From the NCBI GenBank assembly GCA_964016885.1, contig OZ024744.1:67766001-67830000 (forward strand): DNA of 64,000 nucleotides, given 5' to 3'. Below the pieces are notes generated by a model, which saw nothing but the letters and a program-made list of their open reading frames with translations, did no database searches and was not told the origin of the DNA. Position numbers and translations under genes: made by a program. Of this stretch, positions 43,190 to 57,300 are shown piece by piece. How positions within the stretch are numbered: position 1 is the first letter of the stretch; the number at the start of each line of letters is the position of its first letter. This stretch comes from Eledone cirrhosa (lineage: Eukaryota).

Positions 43190-44050
43190 CTAGATCTAGA
43201 AACATTACGTGGTTCAATGCCCCGTATTCGAAACACGTATGCACCAACATACCCGGCCTTTTCTTTAGGGCACTAGACGAGTGTTTCCCGGCAGCACATA
43301 GGTACCACAGGCTTTTGAATCGCCACACAGTGAAGTTTTCATTTTCCACTGCACCCAACATGGGCGACTATATAGCCAAAACTAACGAATGTCGACAACA
43401 ACAGGCAAGTTGTATTTCTGGAAAGCCAGGGAGAGCACCTAGGGACACTGCCAACACTAACGGCACAGACCCCACAGGCGGCGATCAACCCTCAGTGAGC
43501 CGAGAACTCAACAACCAAGCGACGCTGACCACCAACATTGAGTCCACTGCGCCTGCGGAATGCTATGGAGGAGGTGGGGTGTGCACTGTAACAAAGCCAG
43601 ATCCCTATGTAAATACTGAGCAACATCAAACCCGAACTTGCAGCTGCCACATTAGCATACAATGCCCTCTACAGGGGAATTGCCTAGTGAAAAGCATTGT
43701 CTATAAATGTGTGGTTGACACGCAAAAAGTTAAGCACACCTACATCGGTGCAACATCCAAGAACTTTAAGTCGAGGATGTACAACCACACAAATTCTTTC
43801 AAGGACTGGACTAAGAGGCACTCCACTAGGCTGGCAGACTTGATCTGGGACTTGCAAGATAGTGGCACTGGAGTTTTATTCAATATGCAGATGCATATTC
43901 CCCTGGTCAAAGGCAATGCAGACTGTGGCTGACTGAATCCATGCAGATAGTAAGATTAAAGGGTGATGCAGTTAACCTGAAATCTGAGGTAATTATGGCA
44001 TGCAGACATAAAAGAAAATGCATACTCTTTGCATTGGAATTCCCGGATTA
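43190..44050 (+). pseudogene. Penelope-like element C-terminus with GIY-YIG endonuclease, Naiad-like
   Basis: RNITWFNAPYS, CSC..CPLQGNCL, IVYKC..YIGATSKNFKSRMYNHTNSF. After a frameshift: CRLWLTE and NLKSEVIMACRHKRK. Confidence 0.82.
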
Positions 44051-44349
44051 ATTTAACTCGAGCCCTGTGGAAGTACGGGCCCGAACAAGGGGACCGACAC
44101 TTATATATAGAATGTGACATCATACTATTGAATATACTGTATTTTATTTAGAATGTGACATCACATCATTGTATATACTGTATCTTATTTTCCATTACTG
44201 AACTCAATCTTATTGTATTTTTGAGTTGTATTTTTTATATTTATTATTTCACTTTAGTATTTTACGTTATCTCACTCTACTCAATGTTCACTCTATGCTT
44301 TGAATGTTTACGACACCTACCTTATACTCAGAGAGACGGTAGCGCGCAT

Positions 44350-44519
44350 ATGTGTATGGCTGTGTATGTATGTGTGTGTGTATGTGTTATGATTTTATAT
44401 GTATGTATATGCGCGTGTGGATGTATGTGTATATATATGTGTGTGTGTGTGTGTGCAGAGATACAGGTGTCTGAGTGTATACATGTATTCATATATATAT
44501 GTATATATAAATATATATG

Positions 44520-44565
<46 letters not shown>

Positions 44566-44655
44566 CAGATGTACGCATGAGTAAAAATGTGTGTAGATAT
44601 ATATCTATATCTATATGTGTGTGTGTATGTGAGTGTGTATATGTATGTGTGTCTA

Positions 44656-44718
<63 letters not shown>

Positions 44719-44804
44719 ATATATATATATATATGTATATATATATGTGTGTGTGTCTATGTATGAATGTCTGTATGCATGTATATATATATATATATGT
44801 AGGG

Positions 44805-44836
<32 letters not shown>

Positions 44837-44866
44837 ATGTATACATGTGCATGTGTGTACGTATAG

Positions 44867-44930
<64 letters not shown>

Positions 44931-44990
44931 ATGGGTGTATATGTAAATTATGTACCCATATATATGTATGTGTGTGTATTTGTGTATGCG
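44350..44990. repeat. Compound (TG)n/(TA)n microsatellite
   Basis: Direct read. Confidence 0.9.
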
Positions 44991-45556
44991 TGGACATGTG
45001 TGGTGGGAGATATATTTATACGTCTGTACCCACAAAGTAGTAATTTGGCGACCAATTTTGGGTGATCGACAGGCCATGCGTGAATGATTACAGACAGTGG
45101 ATAGATTTGAGTGGTCAAAGGAGAGCGGTGATGCCTGAAATTCTAAACCAATGAAAAGGCCGTATTAACAGGATGATGTTAGTTGCAGATGCTGGAACGG
45201 ATGGAATGGTTTCAGTCGGATGGAATGTTTTGAAAATGCAAAACATATCTGAGGAACTTGTGAATGGAGAGTCAGGTTCGTTCTGTAACAGATCCTGCCT
45301 TGAGCTGATCGTTGGAGAAACATATGTAATATGTTAATAGATTGTGAATACATGATGTCATGTGTGTAAATGTGTATGTGTATATGTCAATACATTTGAC
45401 TGAATAATTACACTTAATAAACAAGATGATGTATATACACACACAGCAGAAGCCTTACAATGAAGACTTGAATAAATAACTGGTTTTATTGAAATTGTTT
45501 GCTTCAATTTGAGAATTTCCAACTAATATTTTCTTAGTGGCACAGTATAATAAGGA

Positions 45557-46675
45557 TAATTGTTTCTACTTTTGGCACAAGTCCAGCAATTATCCCAGTG
45601 CATTACTGATATTTTATTTTATCGACCCCATAAGGATGAAAGGCAAAGTTAACCTCGGCGGCATTTGAACAGTATAATAAGGATAATGATTTCTACTTCA
45701 AGGCCAACAAAGCTTGTCCGATGATTAACCAATACCAATCCACTACCAATAAAAATAATTGTTTCTATTATAGGCAGAAGGCCAGCAACTTTTGGGGGAG
45801 GAGGGTCGGTTAAATTAACCCCCCCCCCCTCCACTGCATTACTGGTACTTTATTTTATCGACTTCTTAAGGATGAAAGGCAAAGCTAACCGTGGCAGAAT
45901 TGAACTCAGACCATAAAGGGTCATAACTGTATGTTCTGAGTTCAAATCCCACCAGAGTTACCTTTGCCTTTCATTCTTATGCCACCAATAAAGTAAAGTA
46001 CCAGTAATGCATTGGGGTTGATTTAATAATAATAATAATAATAATAATGGTTTCTGATTTAGGCACAAGGCCAGGAATTTGAAGGGTAGGGGAAAGTTGA
46101 TTAAAATGACCTCGGTGCATATCTGGTATTTTATTTTATCAACCCCATAAGGATGAAAGGCAAATCTAGCCTCGGAAGGATTTGAACTCAGAACGTTAAA
46201 GGCCATAAGTCTATGTTGTAAATCATGGTGTCTGATGCTCTACCAGTATTGCCAATACTGTCCCTCAGTATAGTAATAATAAATATTTCTACTTTTGGCA
46301 CAAGGTCAGCAATTACCCCAGTGTATTACTGGTACTTTATTTTATCGACCCTGTAAGGATGAAAGGCAAAGTTAACCTTGTCAGGATTTGAACTGAGAAC
46401 GTAAAAGACCGTAACTCTATGGCTGCAAAGCATGGCCTACGACCCTTTACTGATACTGCCAATCCACCGTGTATAGCAATAATAATTGTATCTACTTTTG
46501 GCACAAGGCCAGCAATTATATCAGTGAATTACTGGTACTTTATTTTATCGACCCCGTAAGGATGAAGGGCAAAGTTAACCTCGGCGGGATTTGAACTCAG
46601 ATCATAAAGGGCCGTAACTCTATGCTGACAAAGCATGGCGTCAGACCCTCTACCGATACTGCCAATCCACCAGCA
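45557..46675. mobile_element. Cluster of ~6 SINE copies, mostly - strand, separated by (TAA)n
   Basis: Same consensus as the 30560-32355 cluster. Full copies at ~46285-46470 and ~46484-46671. Confidence 0.9.
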
Positions 46676-46930
46676 ATAATAATAATATCTATTCATTCTT
46701 TTTCTGTTTCTCTTTCCATATATTTCTCTAGCTAGTCATTTCTTTTACTATCTATCTTCTATCTCTCTACTTGTCTATATGTCTGACTTGGTATCATTTA
46801 TGTATCTATCTACATCTATGTTAGTTTGTTCAACTGTCTCTATGTGTATATCTAGACTTGTTTCTACTTATTTATCTGCGTGTCTGCCTGTCTATCTATC
46901 TACCTAGCTAGCTCACTCCCTGCTTATCTC

Positions 46931-47013
<83 letters not shown>

Positions 47014-47141
47014 GCAAAAGTTCAATTTAAATTGTTGGGATACAACAAGCAAATATTATTATAACTGATATAAAGCACTCGACAAATATATATATATATA
47101 CAGTATTAATAAATGGAAATATATTTATAAAACCATATTTA

Positions 47142-47202
47142 TTTCATTATATATATTTCAAGGATACCAAGTTAAATCATGGTATGCCTTCATCAGACAA
47201 AA
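47142..47202 (-). ncRNA. Hammerhead ribozyme motif, left arm of a fold-back
   Basis: Reverse complement of 47327-47387. Confidence 0.75.
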
Positions 47203-47326
47203 TACAATATATAACAGTTTTACAAATAGATAATTGACATACCCATCCGGATGGCCTCCCAAAACAACGGTCACCTTTTTGAAAGGGTATGTCAATTATC
47301 TATTTGTAAAACTGTTATATATTGTA

Positions 47327-47387
47327 TTTTGTCTGATGAAGGCATACCATGATTTAACTTGGTATCCTTGAAATATATATAATGAAA
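47327..47387 (+). ncRNA. Hammerhead ribozyme motif, right arm of a fold-back
   Basis: ttttgt-CTGATGA-aggcataccatgatttaacttggtatcctt-GAAA-tatata-TA-atgaaa. Stem II is atacca/tggtat. Palindromic loop 3. Confidence 0.75.
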
Positions 47388-47426
47388 TAAATATCGTTTT
47401 ATAAATATAGTTTCCATTTATTAATA

Positions 47427-47463
<37 letters not shown>

Positions 47464-47971
47464 AAATACGTACACGGAGAAAGCTATTAGAGATACTCCG
47501 ACCAATTTCCATCTCACTCAACAAACATTAGGAAATACCGGAGTATATTCCCAATTAAACGTTTGGGGTGCTAACTATATCGTATTGTGTGGATAATTGA
47601 CTGTTTTATTTTATATGAGATATATTAAAGATCTCATTCCCCAAACGAATCGTTTCATTATAAGATTTCTACACGGTGGGTGAAATTATACCAAGTTATG
47701 TAGAAGCTTGTGTAAGATCAATGGATTCTTATTCAAGTGGGCTCTTTTAAATCTTCAGTGGGTGCCCAATAATATTAATATTAATAACCAAATTAATATC
47801 AATATTTAGCGATAATCACCATCAGTGCTAGAAGGAACTGTTAGGTTGTTAGTCCATCAGTTCTAAAGAAAATCTCATACTGTCCCGAAAACGGGAAGAG
47901 GAGGCTACCACCAAAAAATAATATACACGCAGGTCATTGAACTCTGACAAGAATTCAAGCCTCGTGCGAAG

Positions 47972-48042
<71 letters not shown>

Positions 48043-48164
48043 TTAAAATAACAGATTAATGTCAGTCTGTCTGTCTGACAGTTTATCTATCTATTTATCT
48101 ATCTATTTATCTATCTACTTATCTATCTATCTATCTATATATCTATCTATCTATCTATTTCTCT

Positions 48165-51100
48165 TTCTGTCTGACGCGTGGAACATCGCCGGTAAGCTTT
48201 TTTGTTAATTTCTATACAAAAAACCGAACTAATTGTTTGAGAAAACATAACACTTTGTAGATTAACCCCCAAGCTGAAATCCCATGTTTCGCCCCTAAAA
48301 ATTTGTTTTAAAATATCAGATTTTACAAACTAAATAACTTGAGCAACACAAGAACGCCGGAGAACGTTAATAGAGAAAAGAGAGAGAAAGAGGCCGATAT
48401 TAACGTTATATCTGCTTCTGCTACTATGGACGTCGCCATAGATACGACTGTCAACAAAGAAAAAAAAAAGTATTACCACTTGAAGATTTTAAAATTTCTA
48501 CCGTCGAAGTGGAGAAAAATAACAATAACACACAGGAAAACACAGGAATTAAACCCATTAACATACATACACATGAAAAAGACATCAACAACTCTACAGA
48601 TACATCTGCACATAATGTTTCACCTCGACAAGGAACTGAGATTTCCAACACCGAGGCTAACAACGATAACAACAACAACAACAACAACAACAGCAACACC
48701 ACACAAAAAAAGAAAATGTCTTTCGCTGAAACAGTGAACAAAAAACAGGATTTTATAAATCTTGATATCTCCAACGCAAGAGATATGCTCCAGCAAGGGA
48801 GAAAATGTGTAACTTTCGAAGAAAGAGGTGGGTTTAGAATTAACTCACCCCTTGAAATAAAGGAAGACACAATTCGCAGATCAGTCACCTTTAGGACTGT
48901 GTCAAATTCCACAAGAAAGCTGACGTTTGTTAACCAAGCAGATATAGAAGATACTTTCAAGGAAATTCTAGCAAATGTCGATTTTCTCCAGCGAGGAAAA
49001 CAGTACGAAAGTGTTTCCGTACTGTTTAAAAGCGAGGCACTCGCACAAAAACACTCTGTGAAACCAATGGTGTCAAAAGCATACACCTTTTTATCCTACA
49101 TACATGGGAAAAAGAACACAAAAAATAAAAATAAAAAACATACCTCCAAACATTAACATCTTGTGGATCTTGGCTGGCTTCGTAGAGCCAGAAACTGATA
49201 TGATTCTTTCGATACGAAAGTCTATTCGACAAAGGTGGGCGAGTACAGCTTTAGAGATTCTGTTGCAAATGAAACCGGAGAGAATCTCCAAAATACCCGA
49301 AAGTCGTTATCGATGATAACAACAAAATAAATATTTCGGTAGAAGGACGAAAATTTCATTGCTTTCGCTGTGGTAGCACAGCACACATAAAAGCCTCTTG
49401 TTCACAAACACACAACAACAACATCATTAAAAAAACATTATTACCAACACCAACACCAAAACAACCACCACCACCACAAGTACGACAGACGAAACGAGCA
49501 ATCACACCAAAACAAACAGACACTCAACCAACAACAACAGAAAAAACAGAGACAACACCCCTGAAGAACACAGCCCCACTCCATATCACTCCATCAAACA
49601 CTACCACAAACACACACACCGAAACACCACCTCCACACAACATACCCTTACCCCACACACCTGACAATGACTATTCATCGACGGATGAAGCTGCTTCTCC
49701 TTCTTTAAGTGAAGAAGAGGGAGAACCGCGGAAATCTAAAAAACAAAAAAAGAGACACCACAAAACCCCCAAAACTCCAATTACCAACACTAACACACAA
49801 TCACAGACACAAACAACAACACAAACAACACCACAGTCAAACATCCCCCTATCAGCAAAACCAGCACCAACACCACCCCAAACACAAGCACCCACCATAA
49901 AAAGAAAACTCCCGGACGAACAACAAACTAAAACAACACAACAAAAACACAAACAACAATACGCATACATCAGCACAAACAACAAGAGTTTGATGGAGGT
50001 CATCTCCCAAAACCCCAAGGTGGAGACGGAGGGCAAAACTTTCGTCAAGGCAGAATCGTCTCCACACCTTAAACTTATAAGGGTTTCTATGGAAACCTAT
50101 AATGACCTAAAAAATAAATTTTCACAGGACGTGGACAACCCCTTCCACAAACCCAACCGCGTCCTGTTAAAATGTTTCCTCACTCCACCCAACACCCAAT
50201 CCAGCAACCAAATGGAGATTGAACAACCCGATCTCCAGGAAACGAAAGGTAAGTGCACCTTTCGTCCTTTTTCTCCAACTTTTCTTCACCAATTCACCAA
50301 CATGGCTAGTTTACGAGTTGGAACCGTGAATGTGCGTGGCCTAGGGATGCCCTGGAAACAGGGCCAACTTTTAAACGACCTTAGGTCACACAGTATGGAT
50401 GTGATAGCCATCACCGAGTCCAGGATCCACAACAGGCAGCAACTAACCCCCATCTTCGACGACTTTGAGATCTACGCATCTCTCTGTCAGCCAGGAGGTG
50501 GAGGTGGAGTGGCTGTCATGTTTCGGAAGAACCTGGACGTCGAAGTACAGCAAGTACACTTGGACCCGGAGGGTAGACTGGTAGTCCTAGACGTGAACAG
50601 TATTGGAGGTGGAGCCTTCAGACTGGTGGCCGTTTATGCCTCGACCGGGCAATCGTAATCACGGCCAGACTTCTTTAAGCATCTAGAGTCTTTTCTGGGA
50701 ACGTCTCGCTCCTTACTTTTAGTGGGGGACTGGAATGGTATCCTAGATGCACGATGGGACTACGTGGGAGCATGTCCCAGTAGAGCGGGGTGCAACAGCC
50801 TCAAAACTTTAATCGGCCAATTCCAACTGGCCGATAGGTATCGACTGGATTTCCCGACTGCACCACAGTGAACGTGGGCAAACCGCAGTGGGACATCTAG
50901 ATCGTATTTAGATAGGTTCTTCATTAGAAAAAGGGACAAGATGTTAAGCTGTCCACGAATGCACATGGTTGCCTATTCAGATCACAAGTTAGTCGTCTGC
51001 TTAGTCAACCGTGATAGAATACGTAGACAGGGTCCCGGATACTGGAAGCTGAACGTGTCGTTGCCGGCACGTAAAGCTTACAGTGAACGGATAAGAGACT

Positions 51101-53346
51101 AGTCAAACAACAGTTAACGGGAGCCATCGTCAACAATAGATGGTGGTACTCTCTCAAGAAAGCAATTAGAATAGAATCGATAAGGTATAGCAGAGAGTTA
51201 GCCTTAGAGAAAAACAGAATAGAAAGAGAACTAGAGCCAAGGTAGAGGAGGCACTTAGAAGTGGCAACGCGGCTAGAGTGTTAGCGTCGAGAACGGCACT
51301 GGACCAGTTCTTCGATGCGAAACACGAAGGCTGCGTGGTCAGAAGCAAAACACGTGCTCTAGGAAACGAAGGAACGAAAGCTGTCAGCTGGGCCCGAGTG
51401 GCGGAGGCAAAAAGTGGCAACAAGTCAACAATTCGGTCTTTGAAAGACCAAAACGGACGCGTGCTACTTGACCCCAATCAAATGTGCACGGCCTTTCAGC
51501 GGCACTTTGCGCGACTGTTTGAGCAGAACGACGGTGAGCTGAACGGGGCAATGGACTTTAGTTCATACCTCAACGGCCTGCCGCGTCTCTCGAATACGGA
51601 CGCCGAGTTCTGCGAAAGACCGATCACGAACACTGATTTACGGGACGCTCTGGGCCGCTGCGGGAAACGCAAGTCACCAGGTCTAGATGGTCTACTCTAT
51701 GAGTTTTACATAGGCATGCCGGACTTGTTCTCTGGCGTCCTCGAAGCCGTCTACTGCAATTGGCATCAGAACGGGAGAACTCCCAGTTCTGCAGGCAAGG
51801 GCGTAGTAACGCTGATCAGGAAAGACGAGAACAAGGCGGACGAACTTAACAACTTCAGGCCCATAACTCTGCTCAACACAGAGTTAAAGATTTTGGCCAA
51901 GGTGCTAGCGACGAGGTTGGCGCTTGTCATCGAGAACCTGGTAGGGAAAGGGCAAACGTGTGCAATCCCGACCAGGTCCATACACGACAACCTCCACCTC
52001 ATGCGATACATCATAGAGAGGGTGGGGTGTAAACCCGGCTTCGGTGGGGCTCTGATCAACTTGGATCAGTCTAAGGCATTCGATAGGGTCGACCATCGAT
52101 ACTTGGAAGCGGTTCTCAAGGCGGCCGGTTTCGGTCCCGTTTTCAGAGGCTGGATCGAGGAGATGCACACCAGCATCTGCTCGAGGTTCAAGGAGCCGTT
52201 CGCAATCACGCGTTCCATTCGACAGGGGTGTCCTCTCTCTTCCATTCTGTATGTATTGACTCTAGAGCCACTACTGCGGAAATTGGAGCTGTTGCAGAGC
52301 ATCCCTCTAGAACCGGGACTGCGCAAAGCGGCGTCGGCTTATGCCGACGACGTGACGGTAATGGTGTACAGCACCTCGGAAATCGGGGTGATCGGCAACT
52401 TACTGAAAGAATACGAAACGCTGACGGGAGCAAAACTAAACCCGGACAAGTCTGTCGGTTTGCAACTCGGTACGTGGAGAGGCAAACCGATGACGTCCGA
52501 CAGCGTCGTTGGACGCTGGACGGACGGACCGGTGAAATTTCTCGGGGTCTGGTTCGGTCCAGACCTCCAGGTGGAGAAAAACTGGAACGAGATCACGGCC
52601 AAGGTGTTTGCACTCACCCAGAAGTGGGCAGAGTGCAAACTGTCCTTGAAAGGTCGAGCGGAGGTGGCGAACATTTTCATAGCGTCCGTCATCTACTACC
52701 GCTTGACTGTCGTGCCTTGACCCCATGAACACCTCACCAAGATGGAACGCATGCTCTTCCAGTTTCTGTGGAAGAGGCAGGCTCCGATGGTGAGGAGATC
52801 CGTCTGCAATGGAGGGCTGGGAATGCCGTGGCTGATGATGTGCAAACATGCGCTGAGGCTGCGGCATCTCCAGGTATGCCTCACCGACCCCCAACCGGTG
52901 TGGGCACCGTTTGTGAGACAGGCTTTCCCACAGCTCGTCTCGCTGACTGAGCTGCAATCCTGGGTCAAGAAAAGACCGAAAACGATGGGTGCCTGGCACA
53001 TTGAATGCGCTCAGGCGCTCACGATCCTCTGGCAAGCGGGTGCAGCAATCAGTGGAGACTCCACTTCGACATTCTATAGAGGGATTGTACGTTACAAGGG
53101 CGACGGCGTGCTCGGAGATACTCTGGACGTCGAAGACGGTGAGCACTTACACAAACACGCTCCTGGAGTTGAGGGTTGTTCTATCGACGGGGTATTAAAC
53201 AACCCATTTATGGCGCCTCGCCCCTATTGGGGATTTCGATTGTTGTAATTGTTTGTTTTTATATTTTTTACACATTGTATGTAAATTCCCCGGCATGTCT
53301 TTGTATTGTCCCCTTTTCTTGTGCGCCCTTGTGGCTAATAAAGAAA
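48165..53346 (+). mobile_element. Near full-length Tx1/L1-clade non-LTR retrotransposon, inactivated, in a (TATC)n tract
   Basis: ORF1 has a CCHC knuckle, CFRCGSTAHIKASC (49360-49401). APE region: MASLRVGTVNVRGL (50301), GDWNG, SDH, GPGYWKLN. RT in 51278-52720. AATAAA at the 3' end. (TATC)n on both sides. Confidence 0.93.
51278..52720 (+). pseudogene. Tx1/L1 ORF2 reverse transcriptase segment
   Basis: KSPGLDG, NFRPITLLN, LDQSKAFDRVDH, IRQGCPLS, YADD, FLGVWF. Stops or frameshifts at 50656, 50868, ~51100, ~51240 and 52718. Confidence 0.9.
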
Positions 53347-53348
53347 TA

Positions 53349-53419
<71 letters not shown>

Positions 53420-53420
53420 G
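53347..53420. repeat. (TATC)n microsatellite
   Basis: Direct read. A degenerate counterpart lies at 48084-48160. Confidence 0.95.
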
Positions 53421-53585
53421 GCTATGTGACTATTAATTTATGTCTGTCCAGCCATTCATCTCTCTATTTGTCTCTTTCTTGATCTCTATTTACCTCTCCA
53501 TCACCGTATACATACACCAATGTAACAAATGTGCTACCTTTAAGATGGTGAGTTCACACTAATATATACACACACACAGTGTGTG

Positions 53586-53640
<55 letters not shown>

Positions 53641-54167
53641 ATACCTAAATGCCTATGTACACACACATTTAAATTATATTCATTAATTCAAGGACACATC
53701 TGTAAAAGACCATCTACATAAATTAAGACAAACTTTGATGTAAGAATTTCATAGTCATCACTTCAAAAAGTACACAATCTGTTTGATATTTAGACATAGA
53801 TAGATACCACCCATTTGAATGCACAAAGAACTGTAACATTAATGTCTTGTATATTCTTACAAGCTGAAATCATCTTCGAGTTCTTATTCAGGTGTGATTC
53901 TTTTTCAGTCATACACAAATCATTCAAGGTTTTGGGGTTTTTTCCTAATAACTTTATATGATCTAGACTTCCTTAAATCTGCCAATGTAACTCATATTGA
54001 ATGTTTTTACCTTTTAAATTCTAAGTATAAGATAATGGTGTCATGTTCAAACTAATATATATATATATAGGAAAATGTATGACCCCGACGGCAGAGCTCA
54101 GGCCATTTCGACGGCTATTTCTGGACTGCGTTATGGTCCATCTGGTTCCTTACCACAACTCCTTTGA

Positions 54168-54289
<122 letters not shown>

Positions 54290-54359
54290 AATTGAAAAAT
54301 CCCCTGTAATTTTATGATATATACACAACTGGACATTCCCATATATATATATATATATA

Positions 54360-57300
54360 TCATCATCATCATCATCGTTTACCGTCTCTCTTAACGCTAG
54401 CATGGGTTTAGACGGGAATTGTCTCACTTGAGGCAAGATTGGTCGTCTCGCTCGTATGGGACTGTCTGGCAGGTTTTCTACGACTGGATGCCCTTCCTAG
54501 CACCAACCACGTTTACAGTGTGAACTGGGATATTTTTACCGTGTTACCTACCCGGCCACTTTACAGCGTGGACTGTGTGTTTTTTTGTCGTGACACCTAC
54601 ACGATCTCATTTATTTAGGACTGGATGTTGTGGTACCAACATAACTTTACATTGAAAGGGGTGGTGTAGATGGGGGTGGGGGTAGGGGTAGTGTGATGGG
54701 GGTGTATTTTGGGTTAAGAGGTGCCTACTGACTGTAGGTTTCACTTTGTACTTAGGCAAGGCGGGTCTTCTGTATTACTGCATAGCGCCAAAGATCTCGG
54801 TCCAGTGACATTGTCTTAGAGAGGTGCAGGTGTGTAAGGTCGGAATTTATCAAATCGTCTTAGGTTTTTCTGGGTCTGCCTACTCCGTAGCTACCTTCTA
54901 TTTTGATTGCCCTGCGTTTTTTTTATACAGCTGTCGTCTTTCATGCGCATCACATGACCATACCAACATAGTCTTCTCTCGAGTAAACAGCTTCTGATCC
55001 CTCTTATTCCTAATTTCTCACTTAATTCATTTATGCTTTGCCGTTCACGTATTTTACTATTACACATCCAACGGAGCATGCAAGCTTCGTTCCTCTCCAG
55101 TCTGCGCAGATCCTCTGCACACAATGCCCATGTCTCACTGCCATGTAACATTGCTGTTCGTATGCAGGCATCATACAGTCTGCCTTTCATATTTAGAGAG
55201 AACCCTTTAGCGGCCAATAGTGGTATAAGCTCTCTGAACTTTTTCCATCCCTTCTGACTCTAGCTACTGTACTTTCGGAGCACCCTCCACCACTGCTGAT
55301 TTTGTCACCCAGGTAACGGAAGGTGTCCACTATTTCTATAGAACCATCTGGGCAATGGAAGGAGCTAGTATCCTGTGGCCACATATAAAATCTATGTTCT
55401 TAGTTAACTTACCTGTGATCCCACTACATCTTTTATGCACCCATACTTTGCATTTGGGACATAAAATGGAGTTTCTGCCTACTCCTTTCCTACACACTGA
55501 GCATGGCCATTTCCCAGAGGGGACCAGTGCCCTATTTTCCTTCCTACATACTAGAACTTTAGTTTTAGACAAGTTAATTTTAAGGCTTTTTTATTCTAGG
55601 CCATGCTTCCATGTTTGGAATTTTTTCTCTAGTTCATCCATTGATTCAGCTATGAGCGTTAGATCATCTGCGTATAGAAGTTCCCATGGGCAGCCGGTCT
55701 TGAACTCCTCTGTTATAGCCTGAAGGGCAATAATAAATAGGAGGGGGCTAAGGACAGAGCCCTGATGAACACCAACTTTTACGCTAAACTCTTCACTATA
55801 TTCGTTGTTAATTCTAACCTTGTTGACTGTTTCTTTATACATGGCTTGTATAGTTCTCACAAGCCATTCATCAACACCTAATTTTCTGAGAGCCCACCAG
55901 ATAATGGGGCGGGGGACTCTGTCAAAGGCTTTCTCCAAGTCAACAAAAGCTAAATATAGGGGTTTACTTTTAGCTAGGTACTTCTCCTGTAGTTGTCGTA
56001 CAAGGAAAAGAGCGTCTGTGGTACTTTTACCTGACACAAACCCGAACTGCATTTCATCTAGCTCAATTCGCTCTCTGATTAGTTTTGCTATAACTTTTTC
56101 TGTGACCTTCAGGACCTGGTCAATTAATTTAATGCCTCTATAGTTTCCCCTATCTAGGGCATCTCCTTTACCCTTGTAGTAGTTAATGATGGTGCTGCTA
56201 CGCCAGTCATTTTGTATGACCCCATTCTGTATGATTTGGTTTACTATCCGGGTGACCATAATGTGTCCCACCATTCCAGATGCTTTCAGCATTTCAGCAA
56301 CTATCTCCAAAGGCCCAGCCGCCTTGCCTGTCTTCATATCTTTGATTGCCTTACTTATTATACTACCTTCAACTTGCACTGCTGGTCCCTCTATTGGATC
56401 GATGTGGGGCAGACTATCTTTTTCCCACTTATTCTCCTCATTTAGTAGCCTCTCGTAGTGACACTTCCAAGCTACCTTCTTATCAGCATCAGTGATGGCG
56501 AGTACACCATCATCATTACGGACACACTTCTCCCCGACAATATCACGGTTTTCCTTGACACATTGCCTAGCAATCCTGAACACCTCACGTTTTTGGTCCT
56601 CGTGTTGTAGAACATGCTTGAACTTTCTTTCATCTGCTTCCCTTCTTGCGAAGAACACTTGTCTCCTAGCTTCCCTCCTGGCCACTTGATAGTCTTCTCT
56701 ACTTCTCCCATCCCACCATGCTTTCCAAGTCTGCTTTTTGGCCTTAATTGATTCTTCCACCTTACTGTTCTACTACCAAGTTACTCTCCTCCTGCCTATA
56801 GGTCTGCTCCAGCGACAGATTTCATCTGTCGCCTTCAGCAGGTTAGCTTTCAGGAATTCCCACTGTTCCTCTATATTGTACGACTCTAATTGCTCTTCCT
56901 TACTGTCAAAAGCATCAAGTAATATTCTTTTAAATTTATTTCTGTCTGTGGGGTCCTTTAACTTCCATATTATTCTCCTTAGGGTAGTCCTCCTCTGTTG
57001 TCGAGTACGTCTCGTCCTGACTATGAGGCTATGCTGGGAGGTGCATTCTTCATGGGGGAGAGATTTAGTGTTTACAACAGACACTTTGTCACGTCTTCTG
57101 GTAAGGATATAATCTATCTGACTGGCGTGTTCCCCTGTCTGTAGGTGATCATGTGATTGTCTCGTTTTTTTTAAGTTTGTGTTACAGATATGTTTCTTTA
57201 TTAGCCACAGGGGCACAAAAGAAGGGGACAAATACAAAGGCGGAAGTTTACATACAATAAAAACGTGTAAAATATTATCACAAATGGGGGAGACAGTTCA

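Noticed and set aside
45020-45355. Possible host exon or TE coding relic
   Set aside because: Stops occur in the frames I read and I recognise no motif, so it is left unassigned.
51766-53146. Overlapping antisense ORFs within Tx1 ORF2
   Set aside because: Expected shadow ORFs in GC-richer coding sequence, with no recognisable domains.
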